From assembly GCA_965240325.2 (NCBI GenBank), contig OZ251244.1, positions 434,001-498,000 on the forward strand: DNA of 64,000 nt. Reading direction: 5' to 3'. Each line of letters opens with the position of its first letter. The stretch's first letter is position 1. Below the pieces are notes generated by a model. That model had not been told where the DNA came from. It made no database searches and saw only the letters and a list, made by a program, of their open reading frames with translations. A program made the translations under genes and the position numbers. Source of the stretch: Rebecca billardiae RCC1528 (lineage: Eukaryota > Protista > Haptophyta). Below are positions 1-10,933 of the stretch, piece by piece.

Positions 1-395
1 CAAATATTTGTCGACACCACGCAGTTCCTCGAAAGTCCCGGGTGATCCGCCTCAAGAAGACAAGAACTGATCCATCAAAACGGGTTTCCTCGTGTTCACG
101 AGCTGAAGAGTCTTTTTGTCGTCAGGTAGATGCGAGATGCACAAGAAAGTGGGTGAGGGAGGTTCGCACGAATCACGACAAACTCCAAGATCGGGAGTTC
201 GAGATGCACTCCAGATACAGACGATCACACGAGATCGCTCGTGGTTGTATGAAGGGAGATGGCTATCTCCCTTGGTTGTATATGCCATCCCCTCGACGCG
301 GCCCACCCGAACGCGCCTGCGAGCTGAACCCATCTTACCCAAATCCAACACCTCAGCAACCTCCACCCCGGCCGACGACGGCACGTGCGGCTGGA

Positions 396-1703
396 ATGGC
401 GCTCCTAGACGTGCTCTCAACGGACGAGCACCTGCGGCTGGTGATCGACGTCCTCGACGAGGACGATGCCTTCTGTGCGGCGCTCTGCTGCACGGCGATG
501 CGCGACGCCGTCTTCTCGCGCTTCCCCGCCGGCGTGCGCACGCGATTCGGCGCGGCCTGCGCCTCGAGCGCTCGCGCGTGCTGGGCGATGCGCCTCGGCG
601 ACGAGCACGCGCCGGCAGCGGCGGAGTTGTGCGCCGCTGCGGCATGCCTGAATAGACCGGCCATTTTGCGCAAGCTCGGCGACCTCGGCGCCATCCCCGA
701 CAGCCGCGCGCTCTGCATGGCCGCGCGCAACCGCTCGGTGCTGAGCGCTGAGTGGTTGCTGCTCCACTGCATGCTGATGCCCGGGCCGCTCGCGGTGGAG
801 GCCGCGGCGGAGGGCGCGCACTCGCGCATCCTCGAACGCTTCCTCACGCTCGCCCGCGGCGACTGGAGCGCCTCGGCGTACGTCGCCGCGGCGCGCGGCG
901 GCAGCGTCGACTGCCTTCGGCTGCTTGTCTCCGCAGACGACGACGACGACGACGACATGCTGCCGGACGAGCAGCTCGAGGCGGTGCTCATCGAGGCGGA
1001 GATGCACGCGCTGCGCGCACGCGCGCTCGCCGAGTGCGCGAAGCGCGAGCCGGCGCCCGCGCCGCCCGCCGCCACGCCGCCCGAGGCGAGGGGCGGGCTG
1101 ATCAGCAGCGGCCTCGCGTGGCTGCGGCCGTCACGCTCCGTGGAGCCGGCGCCGGCGCGCGGCCGGCTGTGGCCGGGCGGCCGGCGGTCCGCCTCGCCGA
1201 CACTGCCCGCCCCACGGCAGGAGCTGCCGGCCGAGCCGGCCGACATCCCGCTCCCGGCGCCGCTCGGGTGGCGGCGGCACACCGCCGAGCTGACGCCGCA
1301 GCGGCCAACCGGCCGGCGCTGGGACGAGCGCGCGTGCGAGGCCGCGGCCGCGGCGGGCCACTGGGACGCGCTCAAGTTCCTGCTCGTCGCCGGCGCGCCG
1401 TGCGACTGGACGTCGGTGCGCGCCGCCGCGTGCCGCGGTGATGTCACGATGGCCAACTGGATCGCGCAGCAGGGCTGCGCGTGGCTGCCCGGCGCCGACG
1501 AGATTGCGGCCGCGGCCGCGCGCTGCGGACACGTCAAGGTGCTCCGGTGGATGCGGCAGCGCGGCTGGGAGTGGCACGACTGCGCCTCGCCCGCGCTGGT
1601 GGTGGACGAGGCGCTGCGCGCCGGGCAGCACGAGCTGCTCGGCTGGCTCGTCGACAAGGGCTTCCCCGTCGACCACGGCGCGCTCGAGGCGGCCGCGGCC
1701 TAA
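396..1703 (+). CDS. Ankyrin-like repeat protein with an N-terminal F-box-like segment
   Basis: Likely start ATG at 396 (MALLDVLSTDEHLRLVIDVLDEDDAFCAALCCTAMRDAV, F-box-like). Repeated motifs WDERACEAAAAAGHWDALKFLLVAGAPCDW and AAARCGHVKVLRWMRQRGWEW are typical of algal and giant-virus ankyrin-like repeats. No intron seen. Confidence 0.75.
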   Translation: MALLDVLSTDEHLRLVIDVLDEDDAFCAALCCTAMRDAVFSRFPAGVRTRFGAACASSARACWAMRLGDEHAPAAAELCAAAACLNRPAILRKLGDLGAIPDSRALCMAARNRSVLSAEWLLLHCMLMPGPLAVEAAAEGAHSRILERFLTLARGDWSASAYVAAARGGSVDCLRLLVSADDDDDDDMLPDEQLEAVLIEAEMHALRARALAECAKREPAPAPPAATPPEARGGLISSGLAWLRPSRSVEPAPARGRLWPGGRRSASPTLPAPRQELPAEPADIPLPAPLGWRRHTAELTPQRPTGRRWDERACEAAAAAGHWDALKFLLVAGAPCDWTSVRAAACRGDVTMANWIAQQGCAWLPGADEIAAAAARCGHVKVLRWMRQRGWEWHDCASPALVVDEALRAGQHELLGWLVDKGFPVDHGALEAAAA

Positions 1704-3025
1704 TAAGGCGCGAGCGGCTGCCGCGCTCGTGGGCGTGTGAGCGCACGACGCACGCGCGCGCGCAACGGCGCACCTACTTCTGTACCCCACCCACGGCCTT
1801 GCAGGCTCGTGGGCTTCAGCCAGCCCAAGCCACTCCCGAGGCTATGCACACCCGACCTCCGACGGCGCCCACGATCGCCCCCGCCCAAGCCCATTACGCA
1901 CCTTGGGCGGCCGCGACGGCACCAGACGGCCCGACAGCACGTTTGACTCTGTATGACTTTGCACATCCACGCTCCGCGCGACGGCTCCCGCTGATGCATT
2001 CTCGCCCCCGCCCCGAAGTCCGCGATCCGAGAATTCGGACTCGCACTTGGGCGGGCGGCCGCGACGGCAAGTCGGCGGCTCGATCACGGATCAGTCACGC
2101 TCTGACCCGCGCGGAGCCCACGGCCCGGCCGTAAAAGTGTGTTGTGCGTCAGAATACGTTACACCCGGGTACTGATCAACACGCGCTATACTTTGCGGTT
2201 GAGATACTTTGTAACGTACAGTGCTCGCCTGTACGGTGGTACATAGTAGTAGCAGACTAGCAGTACAGGGGGGTCCAGATGGTGGGCCCCACTTACTCCA
2301 CTTAGTGGCGGTGGCTGGCCAGGTAGTGCGGCACGTCCGTGCCTCTGGACGGGCATTGAGCGGTGGCGAGGTCGCCAAATGGCGTGGCGTGGTCCCAGAC
2401 AAGGTTGTTACTAGTCCTGATCAGCTTGCTAGCCATGCCGGTCGTTGATCACCCTGCCGTTGACAGGCGCGCACACGCCAAACGTATTCGCACGGCAGCC
2501 GTGTCGGACGGCGGTCGCACGACTACCGCGCAGCCAACCTTGCTCGTCAGATCCACGGCTTGTAGGGTCAGATGGACCATTGCCAGGCATGCACCGTCGC
2601 AATGCATGCCCCAGAGGGCAGTATGACCGTCAGAACGGTGATCCTGGCCGCTACCTGCCCATCCTTCTCATGCGCAACCTCACCGGCGCGCCGGTCGTAC
2701 GGGGTCGTGGACGTGGACGTGAGAGTGGTCGAAAAGTCGGAAGGGAAGCTGTCACTCACGCGCACGCGCTCGTACGGCGACGCCGACCTGCCTACGCCAC
2801 GCCCCAGTGACCGGGCCGTGGCGCTGGGGCCTTAGATCGCGTTGGGACGGGCATTCACGCCCGCCATGGCTTCCCTTCCGAAGTGGGAAACTTCATCTGG
2901 CCCCCCCTGTAGCATTTCGTCGAAGAAACCGGCCGGGGCGGGCGCCCGAGCCGTCCGACAGCCCGCCACCGGTACCGCCTGCCCTCTTGCTCCCCCCGGC
3001 TGCCCAGGCCCGCTCGCGCACGACG

Positions 3026-3992
3026 ATGGCTTCGCCCCTGGAGATGCTCCGCGATGAGGGCGGCACGCGTTACGTGAAGCAGAAGCCGAAGGGCGTGATC
3101 CTCGAGTGCCTCGGCTGCCAGCAGGAGAACGAATTTGGCATCGGCACGGATAAAGGTGGGTGGACGCTCGACGGCACCGACAAGCACTACATGACCGAGT
3201 CCGCCAGCTTCATGTGCCGCTTCTGCTTCGGCCCGATGCGCGAGACGACGTACGTGCTGAGCGAAGGCGGCAAGCCCGGCGGCACCGCGATCGTCAACTA
3301 CGCGCGCCCGTTCCGCTGCATGGTCTCGCCGTGCAAGTGCTGTTGCTTCCAGGAGATCAGCGCGACAGACGCCAGCTCAGGACAGTCGATTGGCGCGGTG
3401 AAGGAGAGCTGCTGGTGGTGTATGCCCAACTTCAACGTGTATGACGCGAGTGGCGAGCACATCTACGACGTGCACCAGCCGACGTGCTGCATGGGCCTCT
3501 GCGTCAACTGCTTCGACAACGGCGGCGCGGGCTGCTGCAAGGCAGAGCGCTCGCGCTGCGCGCGGGCTGCGCCCCGGTCTCCGCGCGCGCGTGGCCGGGC
3601 TTCTCACCCCTACTGGCGCCACGCCTCCTCGCCGCCGCACGCCAGGTCCCGTTCTACATGTACCCGCCGAAGGGCACGGAGGAGCAGCGGAACGGCAAGA
3701 TCATCAAGGTGTGGCTGGGAATGAAGAAGGAGTGCTGCACGCTCGCCAACACGTTCGAGGTGGAGCCGCCCAAGGGCGCGGAGGGCGCGCAGCTCGCGCT
3801 CACGTACGCGACCGCGCTGCTCATCGACATGGTGCTCGCGCCCGCGCCTGCGCCTGCCTGCCGCGGGGCCCCGTTTCCGGCGGCACGACGCCCGCGCCGC
3901 AGCCGTGGCCCTGACCCCCACGCATCCCCGGTTTCACCCTCGCGCCTATTGCGGCGCAGAACTTCTTCGAGGGCGGGCGCGGCCAGAATTAG
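3026..3992 (+). CDS. Phospholipid scramblase family protein (3 exons: 3026-3541, 3646-3831, 3960-3992)
   Basis: Motifs ESASFMCRFCFGPMR, Cys-rich RPFRC..CKCCCFQEI, IGAVKESCWWC, GKIIKVW and C-terminal LLIDM|NFFE. Splicing 3542-3645 (GC-AG) and 3832-3959 (GT-AG) restores the frame. Confidence 0.85.
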
Positions 3993-4441
3993 GTCGCGAG
4001 CGAGCAGGCCCCGGCGCGACGAGCAAGCAGAAGGCGTCAGTAGACATGGAGCGAGCACGGACGCCGAGCGAGCAGACTGCGTGCTCGAGCTCGTCTGCAC
4101 CGCCACGCCGAGGCGAGCCGAGTGGCGAGTCGGCGCAGGATTGACCCGCGGTGCCCGCCCTGCCGGCGTGGGCGTAGGTGCAGTTATTATTGGCGTCGGA
4201 GTCTACGCAGAACTCAGATGGCGCTATTGGTGTCATCACTACTAGGACGAATTATGTAGCTACACCGACACGGTGCCGCGCCTAAGACTGGTATAGTAGT
4301 TCACTAGCCCTGGTCCCAGTGTAAGTCGGCGTCGCCGTGCGTGGCTGCGTGCGCGCGCAATAATTCCAGCAATTGCTCATCAGAAAAACTATACCGCGTG
4401 CGGACGAATGCGTGCCGAAAATAATGCTGATGAATAAAATC

Positions 4442-5039
4442 AAGGGCTGGGAATTCGTCGTACAGTGACCATCACGTGTCGTCACGGCTGCCCAACAGGC
4501 GTGATCACGTGACATCACGTGACGAGTCCGGCCCACGGGGGGGTCCGGGGTTTCCCCCCCCGGGGCCCCGCCGGCCCGAGGCGAAGAAAAGTTTTGGGCC
4601 TATTTGGGAGTGAATAATGACGAAATCTAACTGCTACTATTATCACGGTACTGACGACGCCAGTGACTTATGAAGAGCGCGATTAGACAGCTGCACTCCG
4701 ACGACTAGTCGCGGTCAGCAGCCCCGTCTTTGAAGACCTGCATGAGGCTCGCCTGCCGAGCCATCAACTTGGCCAGCTCGCGCGCACTCACTGCTGCCGC
4801 GTGACCCGCCTTGCCCTTGGCTCGTCGAGGACCCGGCGCCGAGTCGGCGCCGCCGCCCCGCGCAGGCGCGCACTCAGCACTGCCCCGGCCTCGGGCCCGG
4901 GGGCTGTCCGGGTGCACACCATGACTACCGGACTGCTGTCACGTGACGGACCCATTGCCGACGTGACGTGTCACGTGATCACGTGTCACGTGATCACGCC
5001 GTGATATCACGCTCACGTGATCACGAACTCCCAGCCCTG
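4442..5039. mobile_element. hAT-type MITE (598 bp), 8-bp TSD ATAAAATC
   Basis: TIRs AAGGGCTGGGAATTCGT ... ACGAACTCCCAGCCCTG. ATAAAATC at 4434-4441 and 5040-5047. About eight subterminal CACGTG motifs. Confidence 0.85.
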
Positions 5040-5065
5040 ATAAAATCGCCCCCGGCCCCGCCTCT

Positions 5066-7636
5066 ATGTGGGTACCACGATGGCGGCTGTGCCGCATGCG
5101 CTCGCGCGCTCGCGCCGTCCTCGGCTTGCTCGCAGCGGGGATCGGGCTCACCGTCCTGCGCGTGCACATGGGCATGGGCCGCATGTCGACCGCTGCCCCG
5201 CATGCCGTGCGCGCGTCCGACGGCCGATTTTTGCCCGTCCGGACCGAGCTGCAGGGCGAGCGGTGCGCCTCGGTCGCCGTGCGCGTGCCTCGCCACCGCG
5301 CGCACGCGCGCGACGCGAGCGCCAGGCCCTGGCTCGGCGCATTGGCGCCGGGCGCGGGTGGTGGCAACGCGAGCGCTGAGCCCGAGTGGGTGCCCCGCGT
5401 GCGCGTGGTGTGCGCGCACGCCGCGCGGGCGATGCTCGATCCGACCGATGGCGAGATCGCGATCGAGATTACGCTGCGCGTGCGAGATGGCTTGGGCCGT
5501 CCGGCGTGCGAGGACAGCTGGCGAATGCGCCTCCTGTCGGAGCGGCTCATGCTCGGCGTGTCGTGCGTCGAGCCCGCCCGCGAGCCGTGCGACGGCTCGC
5601 TCGTCTGCACCGCCGCGCACGCGCCGCCGCCGGCCGTGCTTGCCGCCGAGGGCGCGCTGCGCCTCGAGCTTCGGCTGCTGCACGTGGACGGGGAGGGCTG
5701 GCTGGACCCTGCGGCCGCGCCGCAGGCCGCGCCCCGCCCCGGGAGCGCGCCGCACGAGGCGCGGCTCCCCGCGCCCGCGCCGCGCGGCACCGGCCCGTGG
5801 GTCCTCAACGTGCGCGCGCCGCTCAACCTGAGCGTCCTTGTGCGGCAGCGCGCTGACGAGGACGGCGGCGCGGCGCGCGCTGCGCGGGCGGCGCGGCGCG
5901 CGCGCGCGGCCGCGGCCGTACCGTGCGTGGGCCGCGGGTACTGGGCTCGCGCGGACCTCCTCCCCATGCTCGAGGATCCACCGAGCGCCGCGCATGCGCC
6001 GCCCGCCCGCGCCGCCCCGGACGGCTGCGATCAGATGGCGCTGAGCTCGGTGCTCCCAGGAGCAGCCGCGGCCGCGGCCGCGGCAGCGGACGGCGGCGCG
6101 GCGCGCGCAGAGGCGAGGTCGGGGGGCTTCGGCGGCTCCCACCCAGGCTGGTCCGCGGTGCCCTCGTGCGCGTGGGCGTGGGTCGAGCGCGGCCGGCGCG
6201 CGCCGTGCCCGCGCGTCTCGCCCGCGCAGCTGCGCGCGTGCCTCCGCTCCGCGCGCCACCGGCTGCTCGTGGCCGGTGAGTCCACAGCGGAGCTGCTGCA
6301 CAACGGACTGCTTCTGCATGCCGTGGCCGGTGAGTCCACAGCGGAGCTGCTGCACAACGGACTGCTTCTGCATGCGCTGGGAGCCGCCGACGAAGGCGCC
6401 GCCGCCGCGGACTCGGGTGGCGCCGACGCGCCGGCCGAGGGGACCGCGGCACGCGGCGGCAAGGCACGCTCGGCACCGAGCGGCAGCGAGGCGGGGCAGC
6501 CGCCCGGCTGGCCAGCATGGCTGCCGCTCGACATGTCAGGCGCCGAGCTCGGCCCAGGGCACGCAGAGGCGTGGTGCGAGCTGAACGGCCGCTCGGCCGA
6601 GTGCCTGCGCGCGGCCGCGGCCGGCACGCGCCCCGAGGCGGACGACTCGACCTTCTTCCGGCTCAACCTCGTGCCTCCGTACCTGCGAGCGCAGTGGCTG
6701 CACGCCGCCGCGGCGGCTTCGGCAGGCAAAGGTCTAGGCGGCAGCGCCAGTGCCAGCGGTGGCGATGGCGGCGGCGGCAGTCGCGGCGGCGGCGGTGGCG
6801 ATGGATGGAGCCAGCACCCCGGGCCGTTTGGTGTCCTCCTGGTCGCTGCCTTTGGTCTCCAGGACATGGCGTACGGCAGCCGCGCGGACTTCGAGGCGGC
6901 GGTGGCGTCGCTCTTTGCGCAGCTGCGCGCGCTCGCGGCCGCGCTGCCCGGCGGCGTGCGCGTGCTCTGGCTCACGCCACCCGCGCGCTTCCACGCGGAT
7001 GAGCAGGAGCACGGCTTCGAGTGCGCGTGCGCGGGCGGGACCGAGCTGCCGGCGGCGGCGGAGGAGGCGGCGGCGGCCGAGAACGCGTCGCGTGCGGCCG
7101 GTGGCTCGGCGGCACGGCCGGCGCCGGTGGCTCCCGCGCTGCCGTGCGTGGCGACTCGGCCCGAGCGGTGCGGCGCGTTTGTCTCCGCGCTGCAGCGGCG
7201 CGCCTACAAGCGGCGCCAGCCCAGGCCGCGCGCGGACTGCGCACGCATGCACAACACGCACGCGCGCGTCGAGTGGGCCGCGGCGCGCGGCGCGCAGCTT
7301 GCGCTCGCAGCCGCGCGCGACGATCGGGACGGGCGGCTGAGCGTGACGGTGATCGACGCGCACGGCGTCACGCAGCCGCTCTCGGCCGCGTGGAGCCGCG
7401 ACGGCGTGCACTACTGGGCGCGCGCGTCACGCTTCGTGCGCCGGCGGAGCGGCGACCTGCCTCGCGCCGTAGTAGGCCTCACCAACGGCAGCAGCAGCAG
7501 CCGCGGGCGGGACGACGAGAAGGACGATGATGCACGGCGCGCGCCGCGCTCGGGAGGTGTGCAGCACATGGCAGAGGCCTGCTCGTCCGTCGCCGCCATC
7601 ACCATCGCAAATCTTGTGGCGGCAGCGGCTTGCTGA
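5066..7636 (+). CDS. Type II membrane SGNH/PC-esterase (NXPE/TBL-like) protein, putative glycan O-acyltransferase or esterase
   Basis: N-terminal hydrophobic anchor (AVLGLLAAGIGLTVL). GDS-like block RLLVAGEST, RVLWLTPP, and C-terminal VIDAHGVT...RDGVHY (DxxH). Confidence 0.65.
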   Translation: MWVPRWRLCRMRSRARAVLGLLAAGIGLTVLRVHMGMGRMSTAAPHAVRASDGRFLPVRTELQGERCASVAVRVPRHRAHARDASARPWLGALAPGAGGGNASAEPEWVPRVRVVCAHAARAMLDPTDGEIAIEITLRVRDGLGRPACEDSWRMRLLSERLMLGVSCVEPAREPCDGSLVCTAAHAPPPAVLAAEGALRLELRLLHVDGEGWLDPAAAPQAAPRPGSAPHEARLPAPAPRGTGPWVLNVRAPLNLSVLVRQRADEDGGAARAARAARRARAAAAVPCVGRGYWARADLLPMLEDPPSAAHAPPARAAPDGCDQMALSSVLPGAAAAAAAAADGGAARAEARSGGFGGSHPGWSAVPSCAWAWVERGRRAPCPRVSPAQLRACLRSARHRLLVAGESTAELLHNGLLLHAVAGESTAELLHNGLLLHALGAADEGAAAADSGGADAPAEGTAARGGKARSAPSGSEAGQPPGWPAWLPLDMSGAELGPGHAEAWCELNGRSAECLRAAAAGTRPEADDSTFFRLNLVPPYLRAQWLHAAAAASAGKGLGGSASASGGDGGGGSRGGGGGDGWSQHPGPFGVLLVAAFGLQDMAYGSRADFEAAVASLFAQLRALAAALPGGVRVLWLTPPARFHADEQEHGFECACAGGTELPAAAEEAAAAENASRAAGGSAARPAPVAPALPCVATRPERCGAFVSALQRRAYKRRQPRPRADCARMHNTHARVEWAAARGAQLALAAARDDRDGRLSVTVIDAHGVTQPLSAAWSRDGVHYWARASRFVRRRSGDLPRAVVGLTNGSSSSRGRDDEKDDDARRAPRSGGVQHMAEACSSVAAITIANLVAAAAC
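6268..6375 (+). repeat. Perfect 54-bp in-frame tandem duplication (VAGESTAELLHNGLLLHA x2)
   Basis: Identical units at 6268-6321 and 6322-6375. Confidence 0.95.
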
Positions 7637-8339
7637 TGATGAACTATCTGAATCTCAGCAGCAGAAGTGAGAAGCAGTGTATGTATGGCGTATATATATA
7701 TATATAGTCCAGAGTAGACCGTGTCCGTGACCGTGCCGCAATGCGACGACGGCGTCGGTCCCGCGACGACCGTCTCGTCAATCGACGATTATTCCACACG
7801 GTAGCACCGGTCAGTCAGTACGGTTTCGCAGCGTCATCATCTGACGGCACTCATTACTCATCAGATCGACTTCGAGATGACAGAGTAGACGGTCGTCCGA
7901 GCGCATCAGTCGCGTACTACGCTCCCGGCAAATCGTCGTCAGACGAGCCAGCGTACAGGTATTGCTGTGATGAGGGCGAACGCCGCCGCGCACGAACGAC
8001 TGAGTGTGTGAAGTGCAACGCGACTGATGGCGGTTCATTACAAAGTCGTACTGCTACTACTGATCGACTTACTACGCACGAGCTTATTGGTCACTGTGGC
8101 CAAGAATTGCGCTTGTAAACTCCGGTACTGTACCGCCGGCCGCGCAGAGACTATCCAGACTTGGCAGGGCGTGCGCCGACGGCCGCCATCAACACGGCTG
8201 ACAGTGATGAACAGCGCGCAGGCTGACAAGTGAAGCGGGTGACAACTGACAACCGGCGAGGCGGACCGGTCTATTTTTTTCGCGGGGACGGATCAACGCG
8301 CCGCCCACCGCAGCAGCCATCAGCAGACGCGCCGGAGAG

Positions 8340-9479
8340 ATGCCCGTGGACGATCTGTCCGTGGTCCTCGGCAACAGCGAGACGATCGACCTGAACGTCA
8401 ATGGCACGTTCCGCCGCGAGGACTTCCTGCCCCGCGCTGCGCACGAGACGGCGGACGGCTGCGGTGAGTTCGACCTGGACGATCTTGAGGTCGACGGGGC
8501 GTGGGACGCGCACTCGCGCGTGCGCAAGGCGGTGCACAGGCCGACAGGCGCGCTCATCGCGCTGAAGACCGTCGCGGTGTATCATCCGGCCCGCTGCAAC
8601 GAGTTTGTCCACGGCCTGCGCGCGCGTGCCGTCGCGCCGCCCTGCCCGTACCGCGTGCGCGTTCATGGCGCCGTCGCGGACGGCACGAGCGTGCACATGC
8701 TGCTCGAGTTCATGGACAGGGGTAGCCTGTCGAGAGTCATACAGACGTACCGTGCCGCGACAGGCCACGGCATCCTACACGAGCCCACGCTCTGCTCGAT
8801 CGCCGAGCAGCTGCTCGGCTGCCTGGAGGCCATGGCTGCAGAGGCGCGGAGCTGGCGCACCAAGCTCACGCCGAGCCGTGTGCTGCTCAGCACGGACGGG
8901 AGCGTCAAGCTCGCGGACACGGAGCACCCGGCGCTCCAGCGCGGCATCGAGCATCGCATCATCGGCATGCCGCGCGCGTATCTCCCGCCTGAGGAGATGA
9001 CTGGCGACGTCAGCGTACACGGTGAGGAGGGCTGCCCGCGCGCCGCCGCGGACGTGTGGGCGCTGGGCCTGTTGCTGCTCGAGTGCATCCGGGGAGGGCG
9101 CTGGTACGCGGCGGAGGACGGCGCCGTGCCCAACTACTTCGAGCTGCTTGTGCGGATCATCGAGGGCGAGCTGCCGAGCGTGCCGCCGGACGCGCCGCTC
9201 TCTGACGAGCTCTTCGATTTCGTCAAAGCCTGCCTGCAGAGAGAGCCGAGCGCGCGGCCGACAGTTGCTGAGCTGCGCGCGCACGCGTGGATCCGTGCAG
9301 CAGGGCGGTGGTCGCCTGCGACGCACGCCTGCTTCCCGCGGCGCGTGCGCACGCGCGCTGTGCGCTTGCTCGTGCTTGGCCACCTGCTGGCCGCCGACGA
9401 GGCGCGCTTCGGGCCGGGTGCTGCGGCCCTCGGAGACATCTTTGTCGCACACGTGCTGCCGCACGCGCTCCGTCGGTGA
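8340..9479 (+). CDS. MAP kinase kinase (STE7)-like protein, probable pseudokinase
   Basis: VRKAVHRPTGALIALK, MLLEFMDRGSL, ADVWALGLLLLEC and DFVKACLQREPSARPT are present. HRD, DFG and the Gly-loop are degenerate. Confidence 0.8.
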   Translation: MPVDDLSVVLGNSETIDLNVNGTFRREDFLPRAAHETADGCGEFDLDDLEVDGAWDAHSRVRKAVHRPTGALIALKTVAVYHPARCNEFVHGLRARAVAPPCPYRVRVHGAVADGTSVHMLLEFMDRGSLSRVIQTYRAATGHGILHEPTLCSIAEQLLGCLEAMAAEARSWRTKLTPSRVLLSTDGSVKLADTEHPALQRGIEHRIIGMPRAYLPPEEMTGDVSVHGEEGCPRAAADVWALGLLLLECIRGGRWYAAEDGAVPNYFELLVRIIEGELPSVPPDAPLSDELFDFVKACLQREPSARPTVAELRAHAWIRAAGRWSPATHACFPRRVRTRAVRLLVLGHLLAADEARFGPGAAALGDIFVAHVLPHALRR

Positions 9480-10933
9480 TCGACTGAGACAGGTCAGAGC
9501 AGTGAGTGAGCAGTCGTGCTGTCTCACTCGTGAAAACGTCGTCGTCTGCCCAGGCTCCATCAATCGACATATATGGTTCTGCCGTCTTCAGTGATCGTCG
9601 CGCTGCTCACGATTTGGCGTCGATCACGTCGAGTCTCGGGCGCGCCCTGCTGGCTGAGACTCAGACTGGTCGAATAATTAATGACATTGTCCGGGCCCGC
9701 GCGCGCCGACACTCAGTACTCATCACGGCCGACAGCGGCGCACGGACTCCCGGCCTCGGACCGCCACAGTCTACGCGTCACGCCGGCACGGCCACGGACT
9801 GATGCCGATTGCCCAACTGGAGTCGAACACACTGTAACCACCGCCGTCTCTCTACTCCTGCTACGATCTCTCTCACACAGTCTCACTCCACAGCTTTCTG
9901 CTAGTAGTCTCTCGCACCAGGCTGTTCGGGTCGCCGAGGCCACGACGGGCAACACGCCAGGCGGACCGCGAGCCCCACGGCCGCGCGCCGCCGGGTCGTC
10001 CGCGCCGCCGCCGTACGGTCCGTGCCCGCGTCCCGCAGTGGCGGCCTCGGCGGATGCCAATGAGGCTCTGCTGATTTCAGCGCCTCGTAGCCCGGTGGCG
10101 GCGGCTTGCCAGGGCGTGTTCCGCTGGCGGGGGGCGCACGGGACACGGCGCTGTGGACGCAGATGTGCCCGCGGACAGCTGGTGCTGCGTGCAGACGGGC
10201 TGTTGGCCGTGTTGTGGAAGAGCATTCCGGGCGCCCTCCAGCGCGCGCACGTTTTGCGGCGCCACGCATCTTGCGTCGCGACTCAAGGCATGCTCGCCAA
10301 TGCGTCGCGAGGCGGCATGGTACGTGCGCCCATGGTGTTGCCACCTCGTCCGGCAGCTGCGCCCCGGTCGCTTGCCCTCGCACGCAGCGCGCGCGCGGAT
10401 GGCTGTGGCTCGGCACGGCTGGCCAGTCAAGGCGGCGCGAGCGTGCGCGCTCCCGTAAGTCGCGACGGAAGAGACGTGGCGCAAAACGCGCGGCGCAGGA
10501 GGGCGCCCGATGCTCTTCCGCGATTGCGTTCTGCACGCACGCGGAGGGCGCAAGCTGCAGGGCAAACCGCGCCGTGCCCGAGCAAGGAATGCGCGTGCGC
10601 CCGCCCGGACTTCCCCGGACCACGGGCGAAGCTGAAGGCTGCGGCCAACGGTCATCCGTCCCGCTGAGCACCCATGCCACCGTCGTCTGTGTCATTGAGT
10701 GCGGCTCGGCGCCTTTTCAATAGGGCTTGACTGCCCGGCTGGGGTGGCTTCCAGGCTCGGGAGGTGGGTGGCCGCACGCACGCCGCGAGCCCTCGCGGCA
10801 TATGGACAGAGCGCCTTGGCGTCGCTCGTGGGCTACTTAGGACGTGTGGTGGGCCACTGGTCACACCCCTTGGCACCGGCGGGGCTCGGCGCAGCAGCAG
10901 CCGACGCGGTGCTCGCGGCGGCCGCCGACACGT

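Noticed and set aside
396-1703. Endogenous giant-virus segment
   Set aside because: The ankyrin-like repeat family is shared with algal hosts, GC content is host-like, and no viral core genes are nearby.
9681-10723. Overlapping ORFs between the kinase and ATRX
   Set aside because: No recognisable domain or consistent codon pattern in any frame.
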